The position numbers and the translations under genes were made by a program. From an uncultured Undibacter sp. (GTDB lineage Bacteria; Pseudomonadota; Alphaproteobacteria; Rhizobiales; Xanthobacteraceae): 46,313 bases of DNA. The stretch lies in NCBI GenBank assembly GCA_964384635.1, contig CAYLMY010000004.1, positions 1 to 46,313 of the forward strand, in the 5' to 3' direction. This document shows positions 32,080-40,849 of this stretch, in pieces (the first letter of the stretch is position 1; each line of letters begins with the position of its first letter). The notes under the pieces are model-generated. The model was not told the origin of the DNA, made no database searches, and saw only the letters and a list, made by a program, of their open reading frames with translations.

Positions 32080-34140
32080 ATGAAATCCGCCTGGGTCGAG
32101 CGCGAGGCCAAGGCCGCGGTCGACCACTATGGCAAGGCCGGCATCGGCGCAGACATCGCCTTGCGCGTCTACACGACGCGCCTGCTCGGGCGCGATCCCA
32201 AGCTGGTGCTGCACGGCGGCGGCAACACCTCGGTGAAGACGAAAGTGCGCGACCTCATGGGCGAGGAGGTTGACGTTCTTTGTGTCAAGGGTTCGGGCTG
32301 GGACATGGGCACGATCGAGCCGCCCGGCCTGCCCGCGGTGCGGCTCGATGCACTCAAGAAATTGCGCACGCGCAAGACGATGTCCGACGAAGACATGGTG
32401 AGGCTACAGCGCGCCAATTTGATCGATCCGATGTCGCCCAATCCGTCGGTGGAGACGCTGCTGCACGCCTTCCTGCCGCACAAGTTCGTCGATCACACCC
32501 ATTCGACCGCCGTCCTTGGCATCGTTGATCAACCCAACAGCCGTGAACTCTGCGAAGAGCTTTACAACGGCCGCATGGGCTTCGTGCGCTACATCATGCC
32601 GGGCTTTGGGCTGGCCAAGGAAGCAGCCGACGGTTTTGAGCGCGCGCCCAAGGTCGAAGGCCTGATCCTCGACAAGCACGGCATTTTCACCTTCGGCGAC
32701 AGTGCGCGCGAGTCTTACGAGCGCATGATCGAAATGGTCACGCTTGCGGAGGAACGGCTGAAGAAGAACCGCAGGGTGGTATTTGTGACCGCACAATTGC
32801 CGCAAGCCGCAGGAAGCGTCGCGGAGATCGCCCCGATCCTGCGCGGCGCGGTCGCGCTCAAGGATGAAAAGCAAGAAGGCGCCTGGAATCGCCTGGTGCT
32901 CGACTTCCGCACCAACGGCGCCATCCTCAATTTCGTCAACGGCGCCGACATTGCCCGCTACAGCCAAGCCGGCGTCATCACACCCGACCACACCATCCGC
33001 ACCAAAGACTGGCCGCTGGTTGCGCCGGCACCGGACGGCGCGCGGCTCGACGACTTCCGCGCTGCCATGCGCGTAGCCGCCGCGCAATTTGTTGCCCGCT
33101 ACGAGGACTATTTCCGCCGCAATAACGCGCGCGTCGGCGGCGGCAAGACCATGCTCGATCCCGCGCCGCGGGTGATCCTGGTGCCGGGGCTTGGCCTGTT
33201 CGGGCTCGGCCGCTCCAAGAAGGACGCCCGCGTCGCGGCCGATCTCGCCGAGGCGGCGGTCGAAGGCATCACCGATGCCGAGGCGATCGGCCGCTTCACG
33301 CCGATCGGCGAAGAGGACATGTTCGATTGCGAATACTGGTCGCTGGAGCAGGCCAAGCTCGGCGCCGCCAAGCAGCTGCCCCTCGCCGGCCAAGTGGCCG
33401 TCATCACCGGGTCCGGCGGCGTTATTGGCGCGGCCATCGCGCGTGCCTTCGCGGTGGCCGGCGCGGAAGTGGCGCTGCTCGATCTCGACATGAAAGCCGT
33501 CCGGGAGAAAGCCGCAAGTATCGGCGGCGCGGCGCTGGCCGTGCAATGCGACGTGACCGATACGTCGTCCGTGCGCGCCGCTTTCGCGGCCGTGGTTGAG
33601 GCGTTCGGCGGCGTCGACATGGTGGTATCGAATGCCGGCGCCGCTTGGCAGGGCCGCATCGGCGAGGTGGACGAAGTCATTTTACGCAAAAGCTTCGAAT
33701 TGAATTTCTTCGCGCACCAGAAAGTGGCGCAAGCGGCGGTGAAGATCATGCTTCAGCAGGGCACCGGCGGCTGCCTCTTGTTCAACGTCTCCAAGCAGGC
33801 AGTAAACCCCGGGCCAAATTTCGGTCCCTATGGCTTGCCCAAGGCCGCCACGCTCTTGCTTATGCGCCAGTACGCGCTTGATTACGGCGCCGACGGCATC
33901 CGCGCCAATGCGGTCAATGCCGACCGCATCCGCTCCGGCCTGTTGACCGACGATTTCATCAAGCAGCGCGCGCAGGCGCGCGGCGTAAGCGAAAAAGACT
34001 ACATGAGCGGCAATTTGCTGGGGCGCGAAGTCACGGCGGAGGATGTGGCGCAGGCCTTCCTCGCCCAGGCGCTGGCGCTCAAGACCACCGCCGACGTCAC
34101 CACCGTCGACGGCGGCAATATTGCGGCGGCCCTGCGCTGA
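32080..34140 (+). CDS. bifunctional class II aldolase-like / short-chain dehydrogenase fusion
   Basis: N-terminal LVLHGGGNTSVK, KGSGWD, PSVETLLH, VDHTH and TPDH; C-terminal SDR TG-x3-G-x-G variant, NAG and YGLPK. Start at ATG32080. Confidence 0.9.
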   Translation: MKSAWVEREAKAAVDHYGKAGIGADIALRVYTTRLLGRDPKLVLHGGGNTSVKTKVRDLMGEEVDVLCVKGSGWDMGTIEPPGLPAVRLDALKKLRTRKTMSDEDMVRLQRANLIDPMSPNPSVETLLHAFLPHKFVDHTHSTAVLGIVDQPNSRELCEELYNGRMGFVRYIMPGFGLAKEAADGFERAPKVEGLILDKHGIFTFGDSARESYERMIEMVTLAEERLKKNRRVVFVTAQLPQAAGSVAEIAPILRGAVALKDEKQEGAWNRLVLDFRTNGAILNFVNGADIARYSQAGVITPDHTIRTKDWPLVAPAPDGARLDDFRAAMRVAAAQFVARYEDYFRRNNARVGGGKTMLDPAPRVILVPGLGLFGLGRSKKDARVAADLAEAAVEGITDAEAIGRFTPIGEEDMFDCEYWSLEQAKLGAAKQLPLAGQVAVITGSGGVIGAAIARAFAVAGAEVALLDLDMKAVREKAASIGGAALAVQCDVTDTSSVRAAFAAVVEAFGGVDMVVSNAGAAWQGRIGEVDEVILRKSFELNFFAHQKVAQAAVKIMLQQGTGGCLLFNVSKQAVNPGPNFGPYGLPKAATLLLMRQYALDYGADGIRANAVNADRIRSGLLTDDFIKQRAQARGVSEKDYMSGNLLGREVTAEDVAQAFLAQALALKTTADVTTVDGGNIAAALR

Positions 34141-34204
34141 CCCATCCATGCCACAAAAAGCGTGCTATCGTGACAGCCGAGGAACCGGACAAGGAGCGAT
34201 GCCC

Positions 34205-34489
34205 ATGCTGAAATATGTCGGCCTTCTCGGCCTGCCATTGCTGTTGCTGGCAACGCCGGCCTCGGCAATCAGCTACAAGCAAAAGATGGAAACCTGCAAA
34301 TTCGGCGCCGACGACCAGAAACTCACCGGCACCAAGCGCAACGCCTTTATTAAAAAGTGCATGGGCAAGGGCAATTACCAGCCGGCCGCGCGCAAGGACG
34401 CCAAGAAGGCCGCCGCCATGAAGAAGCCGGCGGCAAAGCCAGCGGCCAAGCCGGCCGCTATTATGAAGCCGGAAGAAAAGAAGCAATAA
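34205..34489 (+). CDS. small exported PsiF-like protein with Lys/Ala/Pro-rich tail
   Basis: SD AAGGAG 8 nt before ATG34205, signal peptide ending ASA, PsiF-like pattern KM-x2-C...RNAFIKKC, and tail KKPAAKPAAKPAA. Confidence 0.75.
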   Translation: MLKYVGLLGLPLLLLATPASAISYKQKMETCKFGADDQKLTGTKRNAFIKKCMGKGNYQPAARKDAKKAAAMKKPAAKPAAKPAAIMKPEEKKQ

Positions 34490-34708
34490 CCGGCGCCCGC
34501 CGACCGAGTGCGCGCGCATCTTCGATCCGCAAACGGGCCGCATGGTCATGCCGGCCATCGAACATGGCTATATGCAAGGGCTGAGCGGCTTTTTGCGGGC
34601 TTGACTCCAATCCAGCCGCTTGTGACACCCCCGCCGCCGCCCGAACGGCAAGCCGTCCGGAATCGCGGCTGGACATCATACCGGCATAACCGGAGCACTG
34701 GAGTGGTC

Positions 34709-35737
34709 ATGATCAGAGTTTTGTTGGCGGCGGCGTGCCTGGTGTTTACTGCCGCAACCCTGCAGGCTAACGGCCTCGACGATCTCAAGGCGGCGAATAC
34801 GGCAGCCCAACACGGCAAATTCGACGAGGCCGTGCACCTGTTCAGCCAGGCACTCGCGGCCGGCGATCTTTCCCCCGCCGACCGGGTCGCCGCCTACAAG
34901 GGCCGCGCCAGCGAATACATCGGCAAGAGCCTGATCGACGACGCCTTCGCGCGGCTCGACCAGGCGCGCCAAGCGCGCAACGATGCCATCGCCGATTTTA
35001 CCGCCGCGCTCAAATTGAAGACCGATGACGCCGCCCTCTACGTCGCGCGCGCACAGGCCTACGCCTTTAACGGCGAGAACGATTCCGCGATCGCCGATTT
35101 CGATGCGGCGCTCAAGCTCGACAATTCACCGCTCACCCTGTTGCAGCGCGGGGCCAGCCTGCTCGCAAAGGGCGACTACGATCGCGCCATCGCTGACTAC
35201 ACCGCCGCGCTCGCCGTCGCCGGTAAGGGTGCCAAAGATTCCAAGGATGCCGGCCTTGACGCCGCGGATATCCATAGCGAACGCGGCAAAGCCCAATTCA
35301 TCGCCGCGCACTACGCCGACGCCGCCGCCGATTTCGACAAGGCGCTGACGCTGGGCTTGGCCGCGCGCAGCGGCGACGTGTTGTGGCGTCCCTACCAGAT
35401 GGCCTGGTTGCACGTCGCGCGCGCCCGCGCCGGCCAGAACGACGCCGAGGAACTCGCGCGCAACGCCGGCAAGATCGACGTTAAGCAATGGCCCGGCACG
35501 CTGGTCGCGTATTTTCTTGGCCAGGCCAAGATCGATCAACTAACCCCGCCCTCGAGCCACGGCGCCATGGGCCATGCGCGGGCGTGCAACCTGTCGTTTT
35601 TCGCCGGCGAGCAGGCGCTCGCCAAGAACGATAATGCGGAGGCGGTGCGGCTGTTCACACGCGCACGCGCGGTGTGCAACATCCACACCGCGCAATACCT
35701 CGCCGCCGGCGTCGAATTGAAACGCTTGGGGAAATAG
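34709..35737 (+). CDS. exported TPR-repeat protein (NlpI-like C-terminal region)
   Basis: Signal peptide, several TPR units (AIADFTAAL, AIADFDAAL, AIADYTAAL) and C-terminal WP-x2-LVAYFLG. Start at ATG34709. Confidence 0.8.
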   Translation: MIRVLLAAACLVFTAATLQANGLDDLKAANTAAQHGKFDEAVHLFSQALAAGDLSPADRVAAYKGRASEYIGKSLIDDAFARLDQARQARNDAIADFTAALKLKTDDAALYVARAQAYAFNGENDSAIADFDAALKLDNSPLTLLQRGASLLAKGDYDRAIADYTAALAVAGKGAKDSKDAGLDAADIHSERGKAQFIAAHYADAAADFDKALTLGLAARSGDVLWRPYQMAWLHVARARAGQNDAEELARNAGKIDVKQWPGTLVAYFLGQAKIDQLTPPSSHGAMGHARACNLSFFAGEQALAKNDNAEAVRLFTRARAVCNIHTAQYLAAGVELKRLGK

Positions 35738-35941
35738 CCATTCGCGCCTTACGCAGTCCGCGCCGCCGGCGCAAACGGACGACCCGCATTCAATCGCGCA
35801 CAAGCTGCACGCGCGAGAGAATAAACTGGAAGCGTTGATCGGCCGGATCGAGCGCTGGCTTAACAAGTCGATCCAGCGTAATCGGCCTCAGGCCGCCGCA
35901 GGCTTGGCAACCGCGCACATCTCGTTTGCGGACGCGTGTCT

Positions 35942-36417
35942 TCAACTCGAGACTTCGCGCAGGCCGCGATAGCGTGCGTAGCGCCTTTGCACGGAAGCGC
36001 TGAACAGCGTGACGTCGTAAACGTCGGAAGCACCGGGCACGTCCATGCCCGGCGCGCTCGACGGCATGCCGGCGACGGCAAGACCGATGGCCCGCGGCTG
36101 CTCGCGCAGCAGGCGCCGGATCGCGTCAGCCGGCACGTGGCCTTCAACGACATAGCTACCGATTTCGGCGGTATGGCAGGACTGCAAGGCCGCCGGCACG
36201 CTGAGTGCGGCCTTGATGCCATCCATGTTGGTGCTCTCGATGACCTCGACGGTAAAACCGTTCGCTTTCAGGTAGCCGACCCAGGAGCCGCAGCAACTGC
36301 AGCTTGGACCTTGGCGACCAGCATTTTTGGCAAAGCCGTCTGGGCGTGGCCTCGAGCGGCCAGCAACGGCAGCAACGCCACGCCGGCGGCGAATTCGCGC
36401 CGGGTCAAAACCGTCAT
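35942..36417 (-). pseudogene. DUF411 (CopG/CueG-like) periplasmic metal-binding protein with 1-bp frameshift
   Basis: SD GGAGG, ATG36417 and Tat-like signal TRREF. Restoring one base at 36308/36309 gives KDPSCSCCGSWVGYLKANGF...SCHTAEIG-x-YVVEGHVPA...GMP-x2-APGM. Confidence 0.88.
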
Positions 36418-36701
36418 GGCTAGCCTCCCTCGTTCGAACGTGCGGCGGCGATGATCAACGCCCCGCGCACGGCGACTTGGCTCTTGGCAACGAGAAACGC
36501 CCTCGGGCGATGGAGGAAATCCCAACCCCCGCGCCCAAGAACGCTCTCGGCTTGCGCATTGAAGAAAGCCCCAAGCTCCTCGGCAACGAGCCTCTCCGAT
36601 GCGCATCGAAAGCAAAACCGCAAGCTGCGGCAGCGTCTTTGATTTGAATCAGACAGCCCTATTGACCCATTTTCCATGTCGTCTCGGCAACGGGCAGGAG
36701 G

Positions 36702-37919
36702 TCAATCGCTCTGCAAGATGATGTTCTTCACCATCGGATAGATTTGGTGCTGCCACGTGCGCCCGCTGAAAACCCCATAATGGCCGACGCCGGCCTGCAT
36801 GTGGTGGCGCTTGCGGTAGGGCCGCAATGAGACGCACAGGTCGTGCGCGGCCAGCGTCTGCCCGACCGCACAGATGTCGTCCTTCTCGCCTTCCACCGTG
36901 AACAGCATGGTGCGCTTGATCGCGGCCGGCTCGACCTTTTGGTCCTGGTAGGTCAGTTGCCCGAGCGGCAGCGCGTGTTCCTGGAATATCAGCCGCACCG
37001 TCTCCAGATAGAATTCGGCGGTGAGGTCGAGCACGGCGAAATATTCATCGTAGAACGCCTTGGTCTGGGCGGCCTTGGCCTCCTCGCCTTTCGCCAGATG
37101 CTCATAGAGCTCCTGATGCGCCTTCAGGTGGCGATCGATATTCATGCTCATGAAAGCGGCGAGCTGCACGAAGCCGGGATAGACCTTGCGCCCGCCGCCT
37201 TCGTAGCGCCGGGGCACGCGCGCGATCAGCGTGCGCTCGAACCAGCCGATATCCTTCGACTTGGCGAGCTCGTTGACCTTGGTCGGGTTGATGCGGGTGT
37301 CGATCGGCCCGGCCATCAGCGTCATCGAGCGCGGCTGTGCCGGATGATTGCCTTGCGCCATCACGGCCGCCGCCACCAGCGCCGCCACGCAGGGCTGGCA
37401 CACCGCCACCATATGCGCGCCCGGCCCCATGCGCTCCAGAAAGCGGATCACGTGCTCGATATATTCGTCAAAGCCGAAGCGGCCGGCCTCGCGCGGAACG
37501 TCGCGGGCATTGTGCCAGTCGGTAATATAGACGTCATGTTCGGGCAGCATGGTGCGCACGGTGGCGCGCAGCAGCGTGGCGAAATGGCCGGACAGCGGCG
37601 CGATCAGCAGCACGCGCGGCTGGGCGGTGTCGATGTCTTTCTTGAAATGCAACAGCGTGCCGAAGGGCGTCACGTCGGCCGCCTCTTCCGTGATCGCCAC
37701 CTCGCGGTTGCCCACCGTCACGGTGTCGATGTCGTAGGCCGGGCGCGCATGGGTCAGCCCGGCGCGCGCGATCAGCTCGTAGGCCGCGGTGAGATTGGAG
37801 AGCGGCGACGGCCGCGCCGAGCCGTTGAGCCGCGTGCGCCCATGATCGGCCGCCATACCGGCAAATGCCCGCACGGGCACCATGATGTCGGAATGAGCCT
37901 GATAGGCCTGGTAAAGCAT
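36702..37919 (-). CDS. phaZ: intracellular polyhydroxyalkanoate depolymerase
   Basis: APLSGHFATLLR, DVYITDW, AVCQP (Cys nucleophile), VYPGF-x-QL, EGEKDDI and GVGHYGVFSG. Start at ATG37919. Confidence 0.93.
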   Translation of the reverse strand: MLYQAYQAHSDIMVPVRAFAGMAADHGRTRLNGSARPSPLSNLTAAYELIARAGLTHARPAYDIDTVTVGNREVAITEEAADVTPFGTLLHFKKDIDTAQPRVLLIAPLSGHFATLLRATVRTMLPEHDVYITDWHNARDVPREAGRFGFDEYIEHVIRFLERMGPGAHMVAVCQPCVAALVAAAVMAQGNHPAQPRSMTLMAGPIDTRINPTKVNELAKSKDIGWFERTLIARVPRRYEGGGRKVYPGFVQLAAFMSMNIDRHLKAHQELYEHLAKGEEAKAAQTKAFYDEYFAVLDLTAEFYLETVRLIFQEHALPLGQLTYQDQKVEPAAIKRTMLFTVEGEKDDICAVGQTLAAHDLCVSLRPYRKRHHMQAGVGHYGVFSGRTWQHQIYPMVKNIILQSD

Positions 37920-37963
37920 CCGGTCCCCGGCGGTCCCGGCGGACCGCGCCCGCAAGCTAAAGC

Positions 37964-37990
37964 ATTTTATGCTGCACTGCGAGATAAAAT
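37964..37990. promoter_or_regulatory. candidate PhaR operator upstream of phaZ
   Basis: Minus-strand CGCAGTGCAGCA (37970-37981) matches TGCRNYGCASMA at 11 of 12 positions and is flanked by the inverted repeat ATTTTAT/ATAAAAT. Confidence 0.6.
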
Positions 37991-38120
37991 TGCCGGCGCG
38001 GCTGCCTGGGGAAAAGGCAGCTGCCATGCCTTTTTGCACCACGGGAAACGATTGATTGGGCACTCCTTTCGTCTAAGCTAAGCGACGCCGGGCCGTGATC
38101 AATCAGGATGCATTCGCCGC

Positions 38121-38777
38121 ATGGCCAAGGCAACGCTCACCATCGCCAGCAAGAACTACGGCACTTGGTCGCTGCGCGGCTGGCTGTTGTGCAAGATGGC
38201 CGGGCTCGATTTCGAGGAGCAGATGGTCGCCAGCGACGACCCCTCCACCCGCGCCGAATTGCTGCTGCTGTCGCCTTCGTTCCTGGTGCCCTGCCTGACC
38301 CACAACGGCATCAAGGTCTGGGACACGCTGGCCATCGCCGAATATCTCAACGAGATCCTGCCCGACGCCGGGCTGCTGCCCGAGGCGCTTGCCGCGCGCG
38401 CGCATTGCCGCTCGGTCTCCGGCGAGATGCATGCCGGCTTTTCCAACTTGCGCTCGGCGCTGCCGATGAACCTGAAGGCGCATCATCCCGGCTTCAAGGT
38501 CTGGGCCGGGGCGCAAGCCGACATCGACCGCATCGTCTTCATCTGGCGCGAATGCCTCGACATGCACGGCGGCACCTTCCTGTTCGGGCCCAGCCCCTGC
38601 ATGGCCGACGCCATGTTCGCGCCGGTGGTGACGCGCTTCCTCACCTATGACGTGAAGCTTGATTCCGACTGCGCCGCCTATTGCGAGACGGTGATGGCGA
38701 TGCCGGCCATGCAGGAATGGCTGGATGGCGCCAAGGCCGAGCCGGACGAAGTGGTCGAGCTCGACGTGGAGTTTTAG
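38121..38777 (+). CDS. glutathione S-transferase family protein
   Basis: SKNY-x2-WSLRGWL, LVPCL, VWDTLAIAEYL, EMHAGF-x2-LR and ADAMFAPV motifs. Confidence 0.92.
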   Translation: MAKATLTIASKNYGTWSLRGWLLCKMAGLDFEEQMVASDDPSTRAELLLLSPSFLVPCLTHNGIKVWDTLAIAEYLNEILPDAGLLPEALAARAHCRSVSGEMHAGFSNLRSALPMNLKAHHPGFKVWAGAQADIDRIVFIWRECLDMHGGTFLFGPSPCMADAMFAPVVTRFLTYDVKLDSDCAAYCETVMAMPAMQEWLDGAKAEPDEVVELDVEF

Positions 38778-38833
38778 GTCGACTCCGTTCCAGGCGCGGC
38801 GTTGCGGCCGATCGGAAACAATACGATCTCGCT

Positions 38834-39931
38834 CTAGGTGACGGGCCTTCCGGAAGCCAGTTCACCGCGATCGAAATTCATTTGCGCAAAGCGGCCTCGG
38901 TATTCGGCCGGAGTCATGCCGGTGTGACGCTTGAACAGGCTCCTGAAGAAAGCAATGTCCTCATAGCCGGTTTTCGAGCAGACGGCCTGAATTGACGCGG
39001 CGCCATGCTCCAGCAATTCCTTGGCCGCCGACACCCGCAGCATTTGAACATAGGCACCCGGCAGGCGGCCGGTTGAGGCCTTGAATCGGCGGATGAAATT
39101 GCGCGGGCCCATGCCAACGCGTTCGGCAAGCACGTCGATCGAAACGTCGCGATCGAAATGTTCCCGCAAATATTCCTCGATCTCCTTAATCTTGTCGTCG
39201 GCATGCGGACGCGACAGCGGCACCACTGCATATCCGGACTGCCGGCTGCGCGGCATGCTAACGAGCAGGGATTTGGCGCACTTCAGGGCGATTTCGTGGC
39301 CGCAGAACTTCTCCACCAGATACAGGCTGAGATCGATTGACGCATAAACGCCGCCACTGCAGAACACGTCGTGGTCTTCCGTCACGAATTGTTCGGGGCG
39401 CCATCGAACCTTGGGGTAGCGCCGGCGCAATTCCTCGGCCACCGCCCAATGCGTCGTCGCCTGCCGTCCGTCGAGAAGCCCGCACTCGGCGAGGAATGCA
39501 ACACCGGAGCAGATGCCCGCAATATAGGCCCCGCGGGCATGCCACTTGCGCAGCCATGGCAGCAGTGCAGTGTTGCGGGCGATCCGATCTTGTACGTCCA
39601 AACCGGAAGCCGGCAGAATAATGATGTCGGTCTTCTTGATGTCATGGATCGAGCATTCTGGTGTCATTCTCAAAGAACACAGGCTGGTCACACTGCCACC
39701 GTCAATTGAAGCGATGCGCACCCGGAATCGCGGTTGCAGCGCCTCGCCATGAAGGTATTGCCAGAGCACGCCGGCCGAATAAAAGACTTCTATCGGCCCA
39801 ATGGCTGTCGATGCGTATCCAGCATCCACCAGGACGACGGTGACGTCGAGCACGCCATCGCTGCCTTTTGCGAACGACACGGGCCGCGCGCCACGACCGG
39901 TGCGGCGTGTGGATTTTGCCTTTTTAGCCAT
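38834..39931 (-). CDS. GlxA-family transcriptional regulator (DJ-1/PfpI + AraC HTH)
   Basis: GICSG, GLLDGRQATTHW and CSGG; C-terminal RNFIRRFK...GYED-x2-FFRSLFKRHTGMTPAEYR. Overlaps the upstream VOC gene by 8 bp. Confidence 0.92.
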   Translation of the reverse strand: MAKKAKSTRRTGRGARPVSFAKGSDGVLDVTVVLVDAGYASTAIGPIEVFYSAGVLWQYLHGEALQPRFRVRIASIDGGSVTSLCSLRMTPECSIHDIKKTDIIILPASGLDVQDRIARNTALLPWLRKWHARGAYIAGICSGVAFLAECGLLDGRQATTHWAVAEELRRRYPKVRWRPEQFVTEDHDVFCSGGVYASIDLSLYLVEKFCGHEIALKCAKSLLVSMPRSRQSGYAVVPLSRPHADDKIKEIEEYLREHFDRDVSIDVLAERVGMGPRNFIRRFKASTGRLPGAYVQMLRVSAAKELLEHGAASIQAVCSKTGYEDIAFFRSLFKRHTGMTPAEYRGRFAQMNFDRGELASGRPVT

Positions 39932-40343
39932 GGGCCACCTCATGCACGTTCGCCTCGATCGGCTCCCATAGTCCGACATGGGCGCCGACGGAATCCTGGA
40001 TGAGCGCGATGCGCGCGACGCCGGACACTTCGAACGGACGCACGATTACTTTGCCGCCGAAAGTGGCGGCCCGCTGTGCGGCATCGCCCGCATCGTCCAC
40101 CCGGATGTAGGGCGTCCAGTGCGAGGGCACGCCCCGATCGAGGTGGTCACGGCTCAATTGATAAAGCGAGCCGACGTCCTGACCGGACAACCGCATGCGT
40201 GTGAAGCAGCCGCCATTCGCCGGCTGTTCGCGAGAGGTCCAGCCGAACAACTGGCTATAAAATGCTTTGGCGCGCGCGGCATCGGTCGCTGCCAGATCGA
40301 CCCAGCAGAATCGTCCGGCGTTCGCATGAACAATGTGCGCCAT
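39924..40343 (-). CDS. VOC/glyoxalase family protein
   Basis: GRFCWVDLAATD-x3-AKAFY-x2-LFGW, HWTPYIRVDD, GGKV and GA-x-VGLWE patterns. Confidence 0.9.
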   Translation of the reverse strand: MAHIVHANAGRFCWVDLAATDAARAKAFYSQLFGWTSREQPANGGCFTRMRLSGQDVGSLYQLSRDHLDRGVPSHWTPYIRVDDAGDAAQRAATFGGKVIVRPFEVSGVARIALIQDSVGAHVGLWEPIEANVHEVAHG

Positions 40344-40425
40344 GGTTGAAGCCTTCTGCGTTTCAGCACGATCTGCATACAGGTTGAGGCGCCGCCGGCT
40401 GATTCAGCGCGGCGGCGCCGCATCG

Positions 40426-40701
40426 TCAGGCCATCGCCGTCATCGGATCGATGATGGTGCGCACTTCGGTGACCTTGTTCGCCGGAAAACCGCTCAGACG
40501 GGCGTGCTCCTGCACGGCGCCTTCGTTTTCGGCGAGATAGATGCAGAAGGTCTTGTCATCCACGACGTATGAATGCTCCCACTGCACCTTTCCAGGCAGC
40601 TTCGCCAGCGCGCCGTTGGATGTCGCGGCAGCGCCTTTGAGCTGTTCGCGGTTCATGCCGCCGACGCCCGGCAGGTTACGTTCGATCACATAGCGTTTCA
40701 T
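40426..40701 (-). CDS. DUF4242 (SCO4226-like) small protein
   Basis: YVIERNLP, QWEHSYV, KTFCIY-x-A, EHARLSGFPANKVTEV pattern; SD GGAG upstream of ATG40701. Confidence 0.85.
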   Translation of the reverse strand: MKRYVIERNLPGVGGMNREQLKGAAATSNGALAKLPGKVQWEHSYVVDDKTFCIYLAENEGAVQEHARLSGFPANKVTEVRTIIDPMTAMA

Positions 40702-40750
40702 GGTTCTCACTCCGTGTTGCTGTTGACGGAGCGCAACATGGCCGCATTCG

Positions 40751-40802
40751 CTTATACAGGACAGATGACGCTTTTGACAATGTAGCGTGGTGATTATGAC
40801 AA
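40751..40802 (-). promoter_or_regulatory. candidate promoter with tandem AraC-type operator for the DUF4242-VOC-GlxA cassette
   Basis: Two minus-strand TTGTCA-N7-CA repeats 22 bp apart (40788-40802 and 40766-40780). The proximal one sits at the -35 position relative to TATAAG (40751-40756). Confidence 0.55.
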
Positions 40803-40849
40803 ATGCGCGGCTGCCGCAAATTGCCCTGGCCGCCGGCGGCCCCCCTCGC

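Noticed and set aside
35738-35941. Spacer with a protein-like reading (KLEALIGRIERWL) suggesting a gene remnant
   Set aside because: No start or SD and no recognisable family; cannot be supported without a search.
36420-36677. 85-aa minus-strand ORF or possible riboswitch upstream of the DUF411 gene
   Set aside because: No recognisable protein motif or riboswitch consensus; left unannotated.
36843-38081. 412-aa + strand ORF opposite phaZ
   Set aside because: Antisense shadow caused by codon bias of the real gene.
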